From assembly GCA_944393345.1 (NCBI GenBank), contig CALXZW010000001.1, positions 1 through 40,221 of the forward strand: a stretch of DNA of 40,221 nucleotides. The letters are read 5' to 3'. The notes under the pieces are model-generated. The model worked only from the letters and a program-made list of their open reading frames with translations. It had not been told where the DNA came from and ran no database searches. This document shows, piece by piece, positions 9,895-19,992 of this stretch. Each line of letters begins with the position of its first letter. Position 1 is the first letter of the stretch. Source of the stretch: an uncultured Clostridia bacterium (GTDB lineage Bacteria > Bacillota > Clostridia > TANB77 > CAG-508). Made by a program: the position numbers and the translations under genes.

Positions 9895-11412
9895 TTATTC
9901 TTGATTATAATAGTTCATATTTATATCTTTTCCATAATGCCAGTTATTTATAAAATCAATCTTTAAGTATTCATCTAAATCATATTTAGGTTCTACTATA
10001 ACATTTCCTTTATTGTCTATTGCTCCCCATTTTCCATCTTTTTTAATTCCTGCATATCCATATTCATTTTGTTTTGTTGCATCATCATAAATATAATCTA
10101 CTATTACTTTTCCATCTTTATCTATAAATCCATATTTTCCATCTTTTTTATCTAAATATAATGTTTCAAAATTATATATATCTTTTATATTCTTTTCTCC
10201 AAATTTAAAATCATAATATTTAATTCCATCATCTTTTCTAATTTCTATAAATCCTTTTTCCGTATTGATATCTGTAACTATTCCAGTTTGTTTTACTGTA
10301 AAAGTATTATCTAATATCTCATTATTATAATTCTCATCTTCGGCTATATAAATATCAGCAGCATCATTATATGAAATCGAAATATACTTAAATTCTACTT
10401 TTTGATTTTTTTGTAAATCAATTATTCCATATTTTCCATTTTGTTTTGCAATAAATAGTCCTTCTTTTGCTTCAATTAAATCTTCATAATTTTCTAATAT
10501 TTTTTCTGAATTGAAATTCATTACACCATATTTATTGTCTTTTACAAATATTACTCCTGCATCTTTGGCCTTTAATATTGCTTTTATTTCATTATAGTCT
10601 CCATTTAATACTTCTTTTCCTGTTTTATCTACAATAATTTGTTTATTATCTTTTCTAACTACATATAAGTCATTTCCAAATACTTTTTCTATTTTTTCAT
10701 ATTGAGGCTCTACTATTATATTATTAGAATAATTTGCTATTCCGAATTTTAATTCTGAATTTTGAACTATATAGCCTGATTTATTATCTTTTCCTAATGC
10801 TTCTATCGAAATATATTCTGTTTTCAATATTTCTTTTCCTTCATTGTCAACTACACCATATTTGCCATCTTTTTTTACTTTTATTGCTTTAGTAATTCCT
10901 TTTACTGCTGTTATTTCTTCGTATTCTATTGGTAGTATTTCTGTTCCTTTAAAATCTATTATTCCATATTTTCCATCTTTTTGTACTCTTAAAACATTAT
11001 CTTCATACCATATATTATTATTGTCATCATAATTTTGTATTGGTTCTATTTTATCATATCCGGTTAAAATCTCTTCATTTTTACTATTCAATACCTTCGT
11101 TTTATATTCTCCTGTTTCATAATTAACATCATAAGTGCATAAGAATATATCATTTTTAGGATTTGGTATTATTATCATTTCTTGATATGATGGTGTTATT
11201 ATATCTTCTCCTTTTGAATTTATTACTCCCCATTTATTATCTTTAAATGAAACAAAATAAGTTTCACTTGTTATTTTCCCCTGTTCTTCATCTTTATCTA
11301 AAATCCCTTTTATCATATATATTGACATTATCAATACTATTATTGCTACTATTACAGCAAATACCTTTTTTTTATTTAATTTTGGTTCTTCATATCTTCT
11401 TCCTCTACTCAT
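9895..11412 (-). CDS. Membrane-anchored WG-repeat (KWG) protein
   Basis: 505 aa with an N-terminal TM segment. It carries many repeats of the type DGKYG(I/V)ID..G.E(I/V)L...Y. Confidence 0.8.
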   Translation of the reverse strand: MSRGRRYEEPKLNKKKVFAVIVAIIVLIMSIYMIKGILDKDEEQGKITSETYFVSFKDNKWGVINSKGEDIITPSYQEMIIIPNPKNDIFLCTYDVNYETGEYKTKVLNSKNEEILTGYDKIEPIQNYDDNNNIWYEDNVLRVQKDGKYGIIDFKGTEILPIEYEEITAVKGITKAIKVKKDGKYGVVDNEGKEILKTEYISIEALGKDNKSGYIVQNSELKFGIANYSNNIIVEPQYEKIEKVFGNDLYVVRKDNKQIIVDKTGKEVLNGDYNEIKAILKAKDAGVIFVKDNKYGVMNFNSEKILENYEDLIEAKEGLFIAKQNGKYGIIDLQKNQKVEFKYISISYNDAADIYIAEDENYNNEILDNTFTVKQTGIVTDINTEKGFIEIRKDDGIKYYDFKFGEKNIKDIYNFETLYLDKKDGKYGFIDKDGKVIVDYIYDDATKQNEYGYAGIKKDGKWGAIDNKGNVIVEPKYDLDEYLKIDFINNWHYGKDINMNYYNQE

Positions 11413-11572
11413 TTTTTCCTCCTATTTTTCACCATTACTATATCATAAATAGATTTTAGTTTCAAGTATGATAAAACCATTTTATGAATCACTTACAAAA
11501 TTTATATATTTAACATATATAAACTCGCGTTTAGCATATCTGGCAAACGTGAATTTAATATAAAATTTAACT

Positions 11573-12025
11573 TTAATATTTTTTAAAAAAACCTTTAAGT
11601 TTATTTAAAATTTTTATAATTATATTTTCCTTGTATTCTACCATTGCTTTCTGATTTTTCATGATTTCATCTGTTACATTTTTATTTTTTTTAAATATAT
11701 TATCTGGATTATACTTTTCTCTTAATTCTTTTTGATATCTTTCCTCATTATTGGTCAATTCTAATATAAATTTTTCTTTTTGCTCGGCAGTTTGACACCA
11801 ATAATTAAAACAAATCATCGCAATTAATCCTTTAGTTTCCTCTTGCAACTCTAATTCTTTAAGTGGTTTCTTATAATCAAATTTACATACATAACTTTCT
11901 AATGAATTTTGTTTAAAGTATTCTATTAATTTTTGGGGAATTTTATCTATATCTTCTTGTCTAATTCCCTTCAAATAATGTAAAACTTCTGCCATTGCAA
12001 TAGCATATTTTATATTATCTTCCAC
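11573..12025 (-). CDS. Hypothetical 150-aa protein, overlapping and probably translationally coupled to the upstream HExxH gene
   Basis: GTG start at 12025 overlaps the stop of the 12015..13055 gene by 11 nt. Lys/Glu-rich and predicted helical. No recognised family. Confidence 0.5.
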   Translation of the reverse strand: MEDNIKYAIAMAEVLHYLKGIRQEDIDKIPQKLIEYFKQNSLESYVCKFDYKKPLKELELQEETKGLIAMICFNYWCQTAEQKEKFILELTNNEERYQKELREKYNPDNIFKKNKNVTDEIMKNQKAMVEYKENIIIKILNKLKGFFKKY

Positions 12026-13055
12026 CTTTTTCTTTATCCTCTCTTCCTATTCTCGTTATGAATTTATCTTTTATAAATCTTATTGCATTATCTAATAATC
12101 TTTTTCTTATTGGAGTTCCTAATACATCTTCTTTTCCTTTTTTTCCTTCTTCACTCTGTTTCAAAAGTATAGTAGGCGTAATTGTTTGTTTATTTCCTAC
12201 TTCTTTTCCATCTAAAATTTCTTCAATTTCTCCTAAAATTTTATTGCTTTCTTCTGCATATTTACTAAAGTTATCTGAATTATTGAAAACAACTATTAAT
12301 TTTCTCATATACTTATCAAAGTCTGAATAATTTTCTCCTATTTTTTTTTCATAAGCACTTTTAAATAATGCTTCATCTGAATTCCAAGCAGATTTAATTA
12401 TATTTTCTTCTCCAATTTTTTCAGATAGCATATATATTGCTCTAGTCCCATATTTGTATGTTTTAATCTGCTCAATAGGTATATTCTCAATTCTTGTTGA
12501 AATATAATTTACAATCGCTTCTACATAATTCGAATTCCCATCAATCATGCTATAATAATCTAATCCAAATAAATTTTTTCCATATGTAGCAAATATATGT
12601 TTTTCACCCATACCGTAACTGCCTTTTATTGTATATGCAGCATGTGTTAATTCATGTATTAATGTACTTTTTATCTGTGCTTTTCTTTTGTTTAATTCTT
12701 CGATTAGATTTTTTTTATCACTTTCTGTGTATATATTCCAGAATTTTTTATTACTTTCGGATATATCTAAATCACTCTCGTCTGAATATATCAAAATTTC
12801 ATTTTGATCTGTTTCATCTTTTATTCTTCCTCGATATTCTCCAAAATTCATGCTTTTTTTTCCAGCAAAAGTAACTTTATCCAAATTACTTTCCAATCTA
12901 TTTAATAATTCATCTACTGAAATATATTTTCCAAAGAGTAGTGTATGATTTTCTATAAACTCTTGTATACATTCTATGACAAATGGATTTGTTATATTTT
13001 TATGGCTTAAAAAATTATTAATTTTATCTTGTAATATCATTTTTTCCATAATCAT
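12015..13055 (-). CDS. Hypothetical cytoplasmic protein with a HExxH zinc-metallopeptidase-like motif
   Basis: 346 aa. AAAGGA lies 6 nt before the ATG at 13055. LIHELTHAAY is followed about 45 aa later by NYVEAIVNY, a possible third ligand Glu. There is no signal peptide. Confidence 0.6.
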   Translation of the reverse strand: MIMEKMILQDKINNFLSHKNITNPFVIECIQEFIENHTLLFGKYISVDELLNRLESNLDKVTFAGKKSMNFGEYRGRIKDETDQNEILIYSDESDLDISESNKKFWNIYTESDKKNLIEELNKRKAQIKSTLIHELTHAAYTIKGSYGMGEKHIFATYGKNLFGLDYYSMIDGNSNYVEAIVNYISTRIENIPIEQIKTYKYGTRAIYMLSEKIGEENIIKSAWNSDEALFKSAYEKKIGENYSDFDKYMRKLIVVFNNSDNFSKYAEESNKILGEIEEILDGKEVGNKQTITPTILLKQSEEGKKGKEDVLGTPIRKRLLDNAIRFIKDKFITRIGREDKEKGGR

Positions 13056-13171
13056 AATAATTCCTTTCTTACTTTTGCTTTATTATATCATAATAATATT
13101 TTTTTGTCATAAAATTGTTTTGCTTTTTATATTAAAAGCTCTCAGACTTATAAAGTCCAAGAGCTACTTCA

Positions 13172-13363
13172 TTATATTATTTCAAACAGTGAATTCATTG
13201 TTTTATAATCATCACAATAACCTTCTACATGAAATTTTTTATCACCGTTTTTTCTAAGCACCCATATCCGTGTGCCTTTGGGAAGTACTACTAGAAAAAA
13301 CTCTTCATTTTTAATCTGCTTTGTTCCATCAATCAGTTGTTTCAGTGTGTATTTCCTATACAT
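13172..13363 (-). CDS. Hypothetical 63-aa protein; contains an in-frame CGG at 13270..13268
   Basis: A strong AGGAGGG Shine-Dalgarno lies 5 nt before the ATG, and a hairpin follows just after the stop (GCTCTTGGAC/GTCTGAGAGC, about 13138-13164). No recognised family. Confidence 0.5.
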   Translation of the reverse strand: MYRKYTLKQLIDGTKQIKNEEFFLVVLPKGTRIWVLRKNGDKKFHVEGYCDDYKTMNSLFEII

Positions 13364-13422
13364 ACTTTTCCCTCCTACAAAATATAATTATATTGATATA
13401 TTATATCTTTTTCTTAATGTCG

Positions 13423-15864
13423 TCAAGCAATTTCTTCTTTTTGCTTTACAAATTTACAAACTACTAGGCTCATATCATCTTTTATTTTTCCGAAATTATT
13501 ATCTATTGCTTCATTTAATATTAAGTCAGCAATTTTTTGTGTATTTGTTGTTTCTATATCTTCTAACATATATTTTAACCATAATTCTTTATTTTTATAT
13601 TCAACATTTGAATCTAATATTCCATCTGAACACATTAACATTATTTCTCCCTCTTGGATGTCTTTATCAAATATTTGAATATTATCAGTCTTTACAATTC
13701 CTGTTGGTAATGAATTAGATTTTATCATTTGTACTTTTTTGCTTGATTTTATATATGTTGGACAAGCTCCACTTTTTATAAATTCTACTTTTCCTTCATA
13801 TAAATCTACTATTGCTATATCTAATGTAGCAAAAATTTCATTATTGTTACTCATTAATGTTGCATTTATTAAATCTAGTGAACTCTCTCTATCAAAACCA
13901 GATAACAATAAATTTTCTAACAGTTTTAATGCTCTACTACTACTGCTATTTGCTTGTTTTCCTGTTCCCATGCCGTCACTTATTGCTATTAAGTACTTCC
14001 CATCTTTCAATCTAATGTTTAATATTCCATCTCCACATAATTCATCTTTATCTTTTGCAATTTCATTTTTTCCTATTGTCATTAGATATTTATCATCAGA
14101 AATAAAACTTAACTTTTTGCCAACTGTAGTTTCTTGATTAATGACTATTTTTTCTCCTAAAATTTTAGTTAATATCTGTTCTATTTTTTTTATTCTTTCT
14201 AATTCTATTATTTCTTCTATATATATTTCTAGTATATATCTCTTTTCTCTTTTTATAGATACGTCAACAACTGGTATTCCTTTTTGCTTAATTAATTCTA
14301 ATATTTCTCTAGTTTTTTCTTCATATTTTTCTTCTGATTGCATATCTTTTTCCATATTTTTAGCCATTGTTTTTATTGCTCTTGATACACCATCTAATTG
14401 CGAATTTACATTTTTTTGATTTTCTTCAATTCTTTTTTTCCAAACAAAATTGGTTTTACTTATTTTATATGAAATATTTATTACTTTTAATATTTGTGAT
14501 ATGTTCTCTTCTAGGTATTTACTTATGTCTTTGTCATCAAATCCTACTATATAGCTATTGCATTTAGCAAATATGTTTAACAAATCTTCTCTTCCTATTT
14601 CTTGTTTTTCTAATAAAAGATTAAATATTTCATCTATTATTTTTCCATTTTCATTTGACAAATCTTCATATAACATATTTTCTTTGTATTGTTCTAGATT
14701 TCCCAATAATTCTATTATAAATATTTGCTTGTTTTCTTCTATTGCTTGTTTTTCTTCTATTTTTTCACTTTCTTTTGTTTGATTTTGTACAATTTCTTGT
14801 ATTGCATCTGATACATTATTTAAACTTTGTGCTACTTCCTTTGTTTTATTTAAAGCTCTATTAGGTGTAACTGGTAAAAATTTAGAATTACCAACAAATT
14901 CTTCTAAATCTATATGTATTGTTTTTGGAAGTGCTAATAATCCTATTGAAGCAATTAATATCTCTTTAAAATGTATTAATTCTACGGTATATCCATTAGA
15001 TACATATGCCAATACAATATTCCCTAAAGCAAAACCTACTATTACTCCTATTTTTCCAAATTTATTTAATATCCCCGCTATCATTCCAGATATTGCATAG
15101 GCAGCTATCATTATGGGTTCTGATCCTGTAATTACTCCAAGAGTTACTCCGATTGAAACTCCTGTAGTCGTTCCTACTAAAATTCCATTTTTCCAACCTA
15201 GTACCATTACAATTAATATACTTAATATATTTTTTATTCCAAATCCAAATATATTTGTGTCCCCAAAGGCTCCTACGGAAATCGCCAACAATAAACTTGC
15301 ACCTATAACTTCCTCTATTGAAAATGCACTTTTTCTATTAAAATCTTGTAGAACTACTATTGCATTTACAAATATTTTATAAAACACTACTGCTATTATT
15401 GATATTGTAATTGTTGATATTAAGTCATAAATTGTAAATATAGACATTGCAAATTTTATTATTTGTACTATTAATGTTGCTATAAATATGTTTTTTCCTA
15501 TTTTTAATTTTTCATTTCTTTCTAACTCATTATATACAGGTTTTAATATAAATAAAGATATCATCATTACTAAAGTTGTAAGAAAATAGTCTAATGCCCC
15601 ATTTGCTCCAAATTTAATTAGATTTCCAATTAGTGATATAACAATTATGCCTAGCAATGGAACTGATGATGCAAAACAAGCACCTAATAAACTTATACTG
15701 AAAATTGAAAATTCTCCACCTAGCGCTACTTGTGATATCATAAAAGAAATTATATATAATGTTATATATTTTTTAGTAAATATGTTTGCAATTATGTTAG
15801 TTATATTTTCTCTTATTTTGTTTTTTTCTAAATTTATTGTATTATCATTTATATTTTGAAACAT
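13423..15864 (-). CDS. spoIIE: Stage II sporulation protein E (PP2C-type phosphatase with a polytopic N-terminal domain)
   Basis: The start is moved to the ATG at 15864, after GAGGTGG. The N-terminal half is multi-TM. The C-terminal PP2C domain shows ISDGMGTGKQA...MCSDGILD...DDMSLVV. Confidence 0.9.
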   Translation of the reverse strand: MFQNINDNTINLEKNKIRENITNIIANIFTKKYITLYIISFMISQVALGGEFSIFSISLLGACFASSVPLLGIIVISLIGNLIKFGANGALDYFLTTLVMMISLFILKPVYNELERNEKLKIGKNIFIATLIVQIIKFAMSIFTIYDLISTITISIIAVVFYKIFVNAIVVLQDFNRKSAFSIEEVIGASLLLAISVGAFGDTNIFGFGIKNILSILIVMVLGWKNGILVGTTTGVSIGVTLGVITGSEPIMIAAYAISGMIAGILNKFGKIGVIVGFALGNIVLAYVSNGYTVELIHFKEILIASIGLLALPKTIHIDLEEFVGNSKFLPVTPNRALNKTKEVAQSLNNVSDAIQEIVQNQTKESEKIEEKQAIEENKQIFIIELLGNLEQYKENMLYEDLSNENGKIIDEIFNLLLEKQEIGREDLLNIFAKCNSYIVGFDDKDISKYLEENISQILKVINISYKISKTNFVWKKRIEENQKNVNSQLDGVSRAIKTMAKNMEKDMQSEEKYEEKTREILELIKQKGIPVVDVSIKREKRYILEIYIEEIIELERIKKIEQILTKILGEKIVINQETTVGKKLSFISDDKYLMTIGKNEIAKDKDELCGDGILNIRLKDGKYLIAISDGMGTGKQANSSSSRALKLLENLLLSGFDRESSLDLINATLMSNNNEIFATLDIAIVDLYEGKVEFIKSGACPTYIKSSKKVQMIKSNSLPTGIVKTDNIQIFDKDIQEGEIMLMCSDGILDSNVEYKNKELWLKYMLEDIETTNTQKIADLILNEAIDNNFGKIKDDMSLVVCKFVKQKEEIA

Positions 15865-16050
15865 CCTTACCACCTCGTTATTTTTTATAGGCTTATTTTA
15901 CTACTTGTCCTTTGTGGTTTTTGTCTTTTTTAGTAACATACCATTGAAAAGTTTTTTACATTTTTTCTTATATATTTTTATTATTTTTAGTTTTCTAGCA
16001 TTTTGCAGTTTTTATTTTATTACAAATTGTATAATTTTGCAATATAAAAC

Positions 16051-16083
16051 AAAAAAATAGAAGGTTTTGCCTTCTATTTTTTT
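16051..16083. terminator. Bidirectional rho-independent terminator downstream of the adhesin operon
   Basis: TAGAAGG (16058-16064) / CCTTCTA (16070-16076), flanked by an A-run and a T-run. Confidence 0.7.
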
Positions 16084-16086
16084 ACC

Positions 16087-19000
16087 TTATTTATTTAAAA
16101 TTTTTTTCTTAATGAATACAACTCCTGCTCCTAATATTACTAATGCACTTACAACTATTGATATTGGAACTATAAAGTTTAGATTATCACCAGTTTTTGA
16201 AGTGGCTATTACTTCTTCTGCCATATCATCATCTGACTCTGTTTTTCCAGTACCTGGTATATAATTTCCTGGTGTAAATGTAAGATTTCCTCCACCTGTT
16301 CTTTCTATTTTAACTATTTCTGTTTCATTATCTAAATTGATTTCTTGAGATACTGCTAATAATTTTGAAACATTTAAGTATATTGTTTCTTTTTCTTCTG
16401 GTTTTAATTTTTTATCTTTTAATGCTTCTGTATATAAAATTGTTGTTTCATTTATTGTACTATTTTCATCTTCATATACCACTTCATCAACTATTGTTTT
16501 AATATCATCTAAAGTTTTTGTTTCCCATCCTTGATTTGCTTCTTTATCAAAGTTCCAATCATCATCTAGATAATCTATTATTGCTGTTGGTGTTATTGTA
16601 GCAACATCTCCTCCTGTTATTCCATATTTATAGTATTCTTCTGTTAAGTATTCTAGTTCACTATTATTTTTTACTGTTATTCTATATTGAACTTCTAAAT
16701 GTGCTCCTTCCATCAATTCGTTATCTATTTCAATTTTTAAATAGCCATTTTTAGGTAGATTATCTGATGGTGGCATATATGATACATATCTTTCTTCACC
16801 AGTTAAATTTCCATTTTCATCAATAGATACATCTGCAATTACTTGTCCATTTGCAAGTGTTAATTTTAATGTATTTATTCTCTTAATAAGTGCTAAATCT
16901 TGTCTTGCTCTTTCAACAATACCAAAATCAACATTATTTATCCTATAGGTATATTTATCGCCTGTTGAAGCTGTATATGTTGTATCATATTCTACACCAA
17001 TTCCCATTGTTGGAGTAGTAGAATCCATCTTTAATGCTTCTCCTTGGTCTATTTTTTGTCTAGTTTCATAATTATCAACTGCATCATTTAATCTTGTCTC
17101 TACATCTTGTTTGTACCACTCTTTATTATTTAAATTATTTTGATATCTTTCTTTATCATATATTGTTCCTTTATATTTTTGAACAGTATATGTTTCATCT
17201 CCCCAAACATATGTTAATACATAATCTCCTGGAATAAAATCTGCAATTAAGAAATCACCATTTGTATCTGTTGTTGCCTTATATTCTTTTCCACTACCAG
17301 TTTTTTCTGTGAATACTACTTCAACATTTGGTATTCCTGCTTCACCTTCCTCATATGCTCCACTACCTTGTCTGATTCTACCTGTTAACAATCCTTCTTC
17401 TGTAGAATCTAAGAATACTTTTCCTGCTAATTCTCTTGCATTTGCAACTTCTAATTTTAATGCTGGGCTTGAATCTGTATCATCTTCATATGTTGCAGTA
17501 TTACCAGGAATTGCATTTCCAGGATTTGAATCTTTATCTATTCCTGCATAAATGTTTCCATCTTTATCAAATACTGAATATGAGTTTATTTCTACTACAT
17601 TTTCTAAATTTTCTTTGTCATTTAATATATTGATAACTGCTTCTCTATTTAGTTCAAATTGCACATATATATCACTTTGTTGTTGAGCATCTATTTTTAT
17701 CTTTGTAGGTATTATGTATTTGTTATAGTTATCATCATATTTAGCGATTTGATTATTAGTACTTGTCATCATTGATGAATTTACAACAACATCACCTTTT
17801 GCATCTAAAGATGTTCCTATTGATTTAATAGTATATCTACTATCAAAATAGTCTACTATTGAATTTACTTGAGCACTTAGATTTGTTGATTGATTCTTCA
17901 ATGCTATCTTATAAGTGATATATACTTTCAGTTCTTTACTCTTGTCATTTTCATTTACATATTCGTAATCTGATTTATATATTGGTCTTGTATATGACAT
18001 ACTAGAATATTTATTTCCAAATTTAACACCTACATTAAATCCATCCCCGTATTCTCCTTGATTTTCAAATCTTTGTGCATAATTATATGTATGCTCATAT
18101 CCATTTATAGCTAATCTAACATTTTGTATATCTTTCATTACAGCTAGATCTGGTTGTTCTCTTTCATATAAACCTAAATTTATATTTTTAATTTCTTTCA
18201 TACCAGGTTGATAATTTTCCTCAATTTTATATCCTGCTTCATCCGTGTTTGCAACTATTGGATATTGACCATTATTAATTAATGTTGCTGTGTGTGCCGT
18301 TTCGTCTATATTATATGTCAAATTATGTTTTCTATTATAATTCGAATCACTTGTATATCCTGTATCTCTACTTTCACCTTGGATAATAGCAAAATCCTTA
18401 TTAAAGTTTGTTCTGGTTGTTGCATTTTCTATCGCTTTAGATCCATTATCTTTATCTATATGTGGTATTACATTTGTATATGTTAAACCATCATATTCGA
18501 ATTCTATATAATATTCAGATAATTTATCTACTAAAACATCTGTAAATAAGTATGATCCTCCATTTGCAGTTTTTGCCTCTTTTATTACATTTCCAGATGA
18601 ATCTTTTAATCTAACTGTTATTCCATCTAATAATATATCTTCACTATCATAATCATTATCTTTGTATAAGTCGTTTCTTAATGATTGCTTTCCAAAAATC
18701 TTGTCAAGCCATACATAACCTGATAATTTAATATATTTCTGTTTATTTCCTATTGTCATCTCAGTTGTTTTATCAACAACTATAGTTTTCTCTTGTCCAT
18801 CTTTTATTATTTCATAACCATAATTTGGATTTTTAGTTTCATATGCTACATATGTTCCTACAAGTAGATTTTTTACTAATATTTCTCCATTTTTATCTGT
18901 TACAAATTCTGTTGCCTCTTTTTTATCTACATAAGAAATTGTGCCATCTGAATTTTGTTTTATATATTTTCCTGTTTCTTTATGTTGAATATAAAAACCT

Positions 19001-19971
19001 ACACCTTGAAGTTTTATTGTATTATTATCTTCATCAATTTTTACAACTTTTAAATTTCCTTGTAAATGTATATTATAATTAAAATTACCTTCTATTTCTT
19101 GTTTTCCTTCATCCGGTTCTCTTATAATTAGATTTTGTACATTCCCTCCCGTAACACTTTCTAAGAACCATACTGTTGCTTTTTTTATTTTTACATCACT
19201 TTTACCATAAATTTTTGTTATCTTTGTTACTCCTTGATTTGCAGGTATTAATACATAAAAATCAGAATCAGTTTTAATTTTGCTTACATTTATCACTTCT
19301 TCTGTAGTTCCTTTATATGTACTGTATAAAACATTTGATATTTCTTTACCATTTTGATCATATACAGGTACTTCTGTTATTGTTCCCGGAAATGACCAAT
19401 TAAAAGGCCCTATTCTTATATATTGTTTACCATTCTTTTCTGTTACATTTGCTTTTATTTTTGATTTATCTGTATTGTCTGTAAATTTCATATTTTTTAT
19501 TTGATTTGCATAATCTAAAGCATCTTGATCTAAATCCACTTCTTCTCCATGACTAGAACTCATAAATCCTTTATATAGTCCATTATGATATTGTCCTACT
19601 TTATTCATCCATGTTGCTCCAAAATTCCATATTGCATTTTGAACTGGTCCAGACTCTTTATCATCCCCATTGTTAGATGTTAATATTTTAACAAATTGTG
19701 CATTATATGTACTATCAATTACTTTACCTTTATGATCTGTTGATTTTGTTCCTTCAATTACTACTTTTGATATTACTTTATATGGTTGTGTTCCTTTTAA
19801 TGATTGATTATGCTCCACACAATATATATCATCATTACTAATATAATCCATATATGAAATATTCAAACTATCTCCAACATTATAGTTATATGCATTTGCA
19901 ACACTATTAAATCCTAAAATAACCATTGTAAATATAATACTTACTGCTAATGCTTTTTTAATTTTATTCAT
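16087..19971 (-). CDS. Large surface protein (1294 aa): signal peptide, putative thioester (TED-like) adhesin head, Cna-B/SdrD-B-like repeats, C-terminal sorting-signal-like anchor
   Basis: Signal peptide ends ...SVANA. YCVEHNQ (Cys51) and VQNAIW (Gln111) resemble the TED Cys and TQxA(I/V)W motifs. Prealbumin-like repeats are present (LKVVKIDEDN...VGTYVAYETKNPNYGYE; GKVFLDS...TTDTNGDFLIADFIPGDYVLTY). The C-terminus is SKTGDN, a hydrophobic helix, then KKKILNK. Confidence 0.8.
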   Translation of the reverse strand: MNKIKKALAVSIIFTMVILGFNSVANAYNYNVGDSLNISYMDYISNDDIYCVEHNQSLKGTQPYKVISKVVIEGTKSTDHKGKVIDSTYNAQFVKILTSNNGDDKESGPVQNAIWNFGATWMNKVGQYHNGLYKGFMSSSHGEEVDLDQDALDYANQIKNMKFTDNTDKSKIKANVTEKNGKQYIRIGPFNWSFPGTITEVPVYDQNGKEISNVLYSTYKGTTEEVINVSKIKTDSDFYVLIPANQGVTKITKIYGKSDVKIKKATVWFLESVTGGNVQNLIIREPDEGKQEIEGNFNYNIHLQGNLKVVKIDEDNNTIKLQGVGFYIQHKETGKYIKQNSDGTISYVDKKEATEFVTDKNGEILVKNLLVGTYVAYETKNPNYGYEIIKDGQEKTIVVDKTTEMTIGNKQKYIKLSGYVWLDKIFGKQSLRNDLYKDNDYDSEDILLDGITVRLKDSSGNVIKEAKTANGGSYLFTDVLVDKLSEYYIEFEYDGLTYTNVIPHIDKDNGSKAIENATTRTNFNKDFAIIQGESRDTGYTSDSNYNRKHNLTYNIDETAHTATLINNGQYPIVANTDEAGYKIEENYQPGMKEIKNINLGLYEREQPDLAVMKDIQNVRLAINGYEHTYNYAQRFENQGEYGDGFNVGVKFGNKYSSMSYTRPIYKSDYEYVNENDKSKELKVYITYKIALKNQSTNLSAQVNSIVDYFDSRYTIKSIGTSLDAKGDVVVNSSMMTSTNNQIAKYDDNYNKYIIPTKIKIDAQQQSDIYVQFELNREAVINILNDKENLENVVEINSYSVFDKDGNIYAGIDKDSNPGNAIPGNTATYEDDTDSSPALKLEVANARELAGKVFLDSTEEGLLTGRIRQGSGAYEEGEAGIPNVEVVFTEKTGSGKEYKATTDTNGDFLIADFIPGDYVLTYVWGDETYTVQKYKGTIYDKERYQNNLNNKEWYKQDVETRLNDAVDNYETRQKIDQGEALKMDSTTPTMGIGVEYDTTYTASTGDKYTYRINNVDFGIVERARQDLALIKRINTLKLTLANGQVIADVSIDENGNLTGEERYVSYMPPSDNLPKNGYLKIEIDNELMEGAHLEVQYRITVKNNSELEYLTEEYYKYGITGGDVATITPTAIIDYLDDDWNFDKEANQGWETKTLDDIKTIVDEVVYEDENSTINETTILYTEALKDKKLKPEEKETIYLNVSKLLAVSQEINLDNETEIVKIERTGGGNLTFTPGNYIPGTGKTESDDDMAEEVIATSKTGDNLNFIVPISIVVSALVILGAGVVFIKKKILNK

Positions 19972-19992
19972 TCTACTTTCCCTCCTTCCCTT

